Positions 59,104 through 64,000 of a stretch of 64,000 nt of DNA are shown piece by piece. A program made the translations under genes and the position numbers. The notes under the pieces are model-generated. The model saw only the letters and a program-made list of their open reading frames with translations, ran no database searches and had not been told where the DNA came from. Source of the stretch: the human T2T-CHM13v2.0 reference genome, Homo sapiens. The stretch lies in assembly GCF_009914755.1 (NCBI RefSeq), contig NC_060926.1. One strand, given 5' to 3'. Position 1 is the stretch's first letter. Each line of letters starts with the position of its first letter.

Positions 59104-59856
59104 ATTCCTACAGAGAAAGGAAAGCCCTTCTTGCTATCATCTGGAAAAATATTATTCTCCCTTTTCTTTATTTCTTTATATCACACAAGGAAAGAGATAA
59201 TAGTACTCTGTGGCTTACTACGTTTTGGAAGCACAGTTTAAGAATTTTCAAGCAAGAAAGTTCTACTGAAAGGCTCAAAAGTAAATTAAAATTTAAAAAG
59301 TATTCATGCTATGTCTCATAACTTACCAACAAACCTTCCAGGACTGTTCACATATTAAATTGTATATAGTACCTTTTTCCTGGGAAGGGAAATAGATATA
59401 AGTCCATAACCAGAGAGAAAACTTTACTGTGAACACAGGATGCATATTTATGAAGTCCAGAACATTTTACAAAACATGTCATTATAGTCTCCTATTCAAT
59501 CATGAATCTATCCATGGTTATAATTGAGTCCAATTTGGCCCTGAGCCTCCTGGTAGCCAAAGCAAAACAAAGCACAAAATCAGCTACAAAATACTCATTA
59601 TGATGAAGAAGGATGCATACCATTTTGAAAGGACAACAATAAAATATTTTGTTTAAATATCATGAGGCTGCAGGGAGCAGAGAATGATCTGGTAACAGTA
59701 ACTAACTCCTCCGCTGCAGAGGCAGTGACATTTCATGTGGTTTGTTCTTCACTGAAAGTCAAGGGCATCACGTTAAAGTACAATTCAGTGAAGGACTAGA
59801 GCAAAACAGACCTTGAGAGGTGCAGCTGGAACCAAAGATAAAAGCAAATCTAGAAT

Positions 59857-60180
59857 GCACTGTCTGATATGAGGCCGTGAACCACATAAAACTGGAAACG
59901 TTAGTCATCCAAATTGAGATAGACTGTGGGCATAAAACGCTCACCAGATTTTAAAGTTTTTGTGCCATAACAATGAAAATAAGGGAAGAATATCTCAACA
60001 TGTTTTATATTAATTATGTGTTGAAATGATAATATTTTGGATGTTGGGCTAAATAAAATATATTACTAAAATGAATTCCACTTGATTATTTCCCATTTTT
60101 AAATGTGGCTCTTAAAAATTTTTTAATTACATATGTGGCTCACAGTTGTGTCTTGCATTATATTACTGTTGGATAGTGCC
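59857..60180 (-). mobile_element. MER33 (hAT-Charlie) DNA transposon
   Basis: TCCAAATTGAGAT...GTTGAAATGATAATATTTTGGAT...AATTACATATGTGGCTC...TTGGATAGTGCC. Confidence 0.85.
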
Positions 60181-61281
60181 AGCTCTGGAGGAGTGAGCAC
60201 TTGCCACTTCACATTGGACTTGCTGCTTTCTCTCCTTGCCCATCATTCTCCCCATCTATGAACTGAAGGACCCTAATACCCATCTCCAAGAGTTAAGTGG
60301 GCTGGCTTGTGGAAATTGCCAAATACAGCATATGGCTCAGCCGTCTTCCTTTGCTACTTCTCTGCCCCGAAGCCTACCTTTGGGGCTGAAAGTGGGAAAA
60401 TATTCTGACTCCTGCAACAGTCCTGCCATGAGATTTCCCTGTGACCCTCCACTCCCTGAGGTCCACGACTGTTTCTGTGCCTTGAGGAAGTGCAGTATTA
60501 TGTGATTTCAGTGTCTCAAGACAGATAACCCTGACCCCCTGGAATAACCAGCAGGATGACGGGGGTTGGGAGGGAGGCTGTTTATAGAAGACAGGGGTCA
60601 AACACTGCTCAAGGACTTTGTTTAAAATTCTTTTTTAACCACATAGCTCTATGTTTGGGTTTGCTTCTCTCATTAAATAAATATCTGGAGAGTCTTCATG
60701 GATCACCCCAGATACGTATGGCCAAGGTTTTTAAGATAATGAGTCACACTCTTGGGTTACACTTAGTGGATTCCCAAGTTGGGGCATCTAAGGATGGTCA
60801 AGAGGGGTCAGTGAGGGATGGGGTGAAGTTCTTCCCAACAAGGCCAAGAGAAGGAGACCCTTTTAGAGTTATGTGCAAGATCCCTGCTCACCAGCAAATT
60901 GGATAAATTTCTTATGGAGTCAGTTCAGGTCAGCGAGAAGGCACAGGGAAGAGAATGACCAAGACCTTATGATATGAGAGAAGAGAATTTAAGGGAACAA
61001 GAACATCTTGTTAACTTGAAGTTTGCCCAAGACTCAACTTCGTGTTTGAATGAACATGTGCCAATTATTTCAGATTAGCACAAAAACAATAAATTTGTGT
61101 TTTGTTTTAACAAAATATATTGAAAAGCTGAGGACATATTTGGAGTTCTAAATTTGGTATTTGTAGTTCTAAATTTGGTCCTTGGCAAATTTAAGTCACT
61201 TTCAACTCAAACTTTCCTTAAGGGAGAATCAGAGATAGAGGAAACAGTAAATAAAAAAAAAAATACTTGGGGTAAAAGAAC

Positions 61282-61742
61282 TTTTTTAAGTTAATAAACT
61301 TTATTTTTTGAGTAGTTATAAGTTTACATAGAAGTTGAGCAGAAAGTACAGAGAGTTCCCATATACTCCCTCCCTTCCACACACATACAGTTTACCCTAT
61401 TTTTAACATCTTTGCATTAGTGAGATCGATACATTTGTTACAACTGATGTACTAATATTGATACATTATTATTAGCTAATGTCCATAGATTACATTAGAC
61501 TTCACTTTATTGTGCAGTTCTATGGGTTTTGATAAAGGTATGATGTGATGTATCTACCATTACAATAGCATGCAGAATAGTTTCACTGCCCTAAAAATCC
61601 TCTGTGCTCTAACTATTCATCCCTCCCTCCCACCAGCCTCTGGCAACCATTGATCTTTTTCCAGAATGTCATATATTGGAATAAGTCAGGATGTAGCTTT
61701 TCAGACATGTTTAACAATACACATTTAGGGTTTCTCCATGAG
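61282..61742 (-). mobile_element. L1MC-type 3' end
   Basis: TTGAGCAGAAAGTACAGAGAGTTCCCATATACTCCC...GAATAGTTTCACTGCCCTAAAAATCCTCTGTGCTC. Confidence 0.88.
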
Positions 61743-63589
61743 GATTTAAAAAAATTAGGAAAATAACACCTTTCTGTAGAGATGGGGAGAATAAGAACAA
61801 ATAAAAGGCAAATTTTAGGCTGAGCTATTGTCTCTGGCTCGTAGTATCTGAGAAATGGAAAGGACAAACTCACCCTGGAGGAGAAGAGCCTAGGACAAGA
61901 GGAATGATGCTGTGTGAAGTGGAAGGGCAGGCACAATCACACAGGCACCTTGGGAGGATGGGGCTGGTGGCAAGGGAGGAGGAACCTTGAGTTTATTCAC
62001 AAAAACTGACTTGATGACTGAACCATAAAATAAAGTGAAGTTTTGCCCATTTTCTCTACAGAAGACAATATAACCCAGTTTTCCAAAAGGAGTGTAGGTG
62101 AGATTTCTCCTGGAAACAGGAATATAATATAATACCATTTAGATCTATTGCTCTATTGTTTTTTTCTTTAGTTTAATTCAATTCCTAATTCTTGACTCAA
62201 GAGTATAACTTTTCCCTTCAATGGGTCAAGCTTGCTATTTTTTTTTTCTAGATAGTTTTTTTCTCCATTCCCATCTTTTTTTTTTCTAGAACCACATATT
62301 CCAGTTCATTTCATTACGGGATCCTTACTGCAATACAGGGGAGTTTGTGCTTAAGAAAAAAAAGACCCCAAAAAAGCACCATTCTGGAGAAAGCCTCACA
62401 CTCTATGTGGTATTTGACTATGTGTTCTAATGACATATGCTCATATCTCCTCTGAAAAACACTCAGGGAGCCACGGAGAAGAGGGGCAAAGCATTTTTCC
62501 AGCTTGAACCCTTTGGAGTGGTGTCCGAGTTGGAGGAAAAGGCCAGCCATCCTGCTAAATGCACCAGTGAAAGAAAATATTCTGGCAATGTGAGATGGAA
62601 AAAATAGAACCTACCAGAATGACTCTTAGGAAGAGTACTATAAATGCTTAGAGGGAAAATGAAGTCACTTAGGGACAAGGAGGTGAGACCCTCCTTCCCC
62701 CAAAGGTTAAGCTTAACTAACCCCGGATATTTGATAACCAAGGAAGATGAGTCCATTTGACTCAAGGTCTTTTGATTCTTGAATGCAGTAGGCAAATTTG
62801 GGGCCAGGAATTACCAAGGACAATAGAAAACGGACTGAGTGTCCCACCCAAGGGTCTTTCTCCTTTTCTTTTTCTCCTATATCACTCAGCTTTCTCTACA
62901 AATTCACTCTGAACAAGCATTTGAAGGAGCGTTCAGAGTATCAGATTATTTATTTTCCTGGCATTCTCTAGTGTTTCTCTGGCCCCTGGTAAAGTCAAGT
63001 GTCCATATCAAGATGCATCTCTCTGAAAGGCAATGCTGCCCAGTGTGGGTGGCAGCAGCCTGAAGTCAACAGGTTTGCTTATTCTAGTTCCTCTGTTTGG
63101 AATTTTTCTCTTTCTTCCCTCTATAGCTGCCTATCTAAACTCTTTCTGTAAGGTCCAGCCCAAATGCGTCTCCTTCATAAGCCTTACCTGGGATTAATTT
63201 ATTCTTCCTTTGTAGATTCATAATTACTTAGAGGTAAAAATAAGGAAAGTATCATGAGACTCTATAACAAGGCACAATGTGATGCCTCTCACTAGAATGT
63301 TAGTTCTGGACATCAGCCATGTCTTCTTTCCTATCTTTGTGTAGGACTCATACTGGGTATCGCAGTTCACACAGAAAAGGTACTAGATAATTTTGTTTGT
63401 TTGTTTTGTTTTTACTATCTTTACTGTTAATTCAGGTGCTAACTAAATTGCCATCCATTGTCCAAAATCACCCTCTGGGACCAAAACCATGGGATGTGAC
63501 CCACATCAGCTGCTAAGCAGCCAATGCGTGATGTGAATTGCTCCAGGGGGCCTGGCCCTAAGAGGATATTTACCATTTAACCATAGAGT

Positions 63590-64000
63590 CAATGTCTGAC
63601 TAGCATCCATCTGTCTTCTCCCAGTAACATCACTCTGGGTTTCCTTTGGGAAACACTCCTCCCCAGTCTTCATTCAAGTGGTTTGGATGGGGCTAAATCT
63701 ACGCCCTATTTGTAGAGGTAGATGTATGGTGCAGACCTACCTTGCATTTCATCTCCTTGGACAGAGTGTTTGCTTCCAAGGTAGCCACAGGAGCCAAGCT
63801 GGATCAATGAGATACAACCTTAGGATTTTTGATGGAACTCTTGGGAAAGAGAGGCTCTTCTTCAATGGTTCCTAAGCCTTGAAATGTATGTCTAGGGATA
63901 CCATTCTGTCACCTCATGCCCAGAGCCTGCCAGAGAGTAATCTCAACACAGGAAGGAGAGAGCTGACATATGGTAGCAGGTAGAGTTGTCCAATAAAATA
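63590..64000 (+). mobile_element. Old MaLR LTR (MLT1K/L-like), running to the window end
   Basis: TTTCCTTTGGGAAACACTCCTCCCC...GGATCAATGAGATACAACCTTAGGATTTTTGATGGAACTCTTGGGAAAGAGAGGCTC. Confidence 0.65.

Overview
This is primate (almost certainly human) nuclear DNA, intergenic or deep intronic. It is dominated by interspersed repeats: one full-length old L1PA on the minus strand with an intact target-site duplication (TSD) and a near-consensus AluY inside it, a 5'-truncated younger L1PA, about eleven Alus, solo LTRs (LTR7C/HERV-H, MER51, MLT2D, MSTB, MLT1s, THE1), MER20/MER33 DNA transposons, many MIR/L2 relics and microsatellites. I recognise no host protein-coding gene, RNA gene, CRISPR array or prokaryotic feature. 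The only ORFs with recognisable protein similarity are broken L1 ORF1p/ORF2p fragments; the rest are Alu-, microsatellite- or chance-derived. I found no convincing new biological system. The best leads are a TSD-flanked MLT2A(-)/THE1(+) chimeric LTR insertion with inverted termini, two clusters of locally templated inverted repeats, a CpG-retaining unique segment and a 28-nt microexon-like unit with strong splice signals (possible spliced lncRNA), a very young AluY, and several enhancer-like motif clusters. Subfamily calls come from recalled consensus sequences, not a database run, and I could not identify the chromosomal locus.
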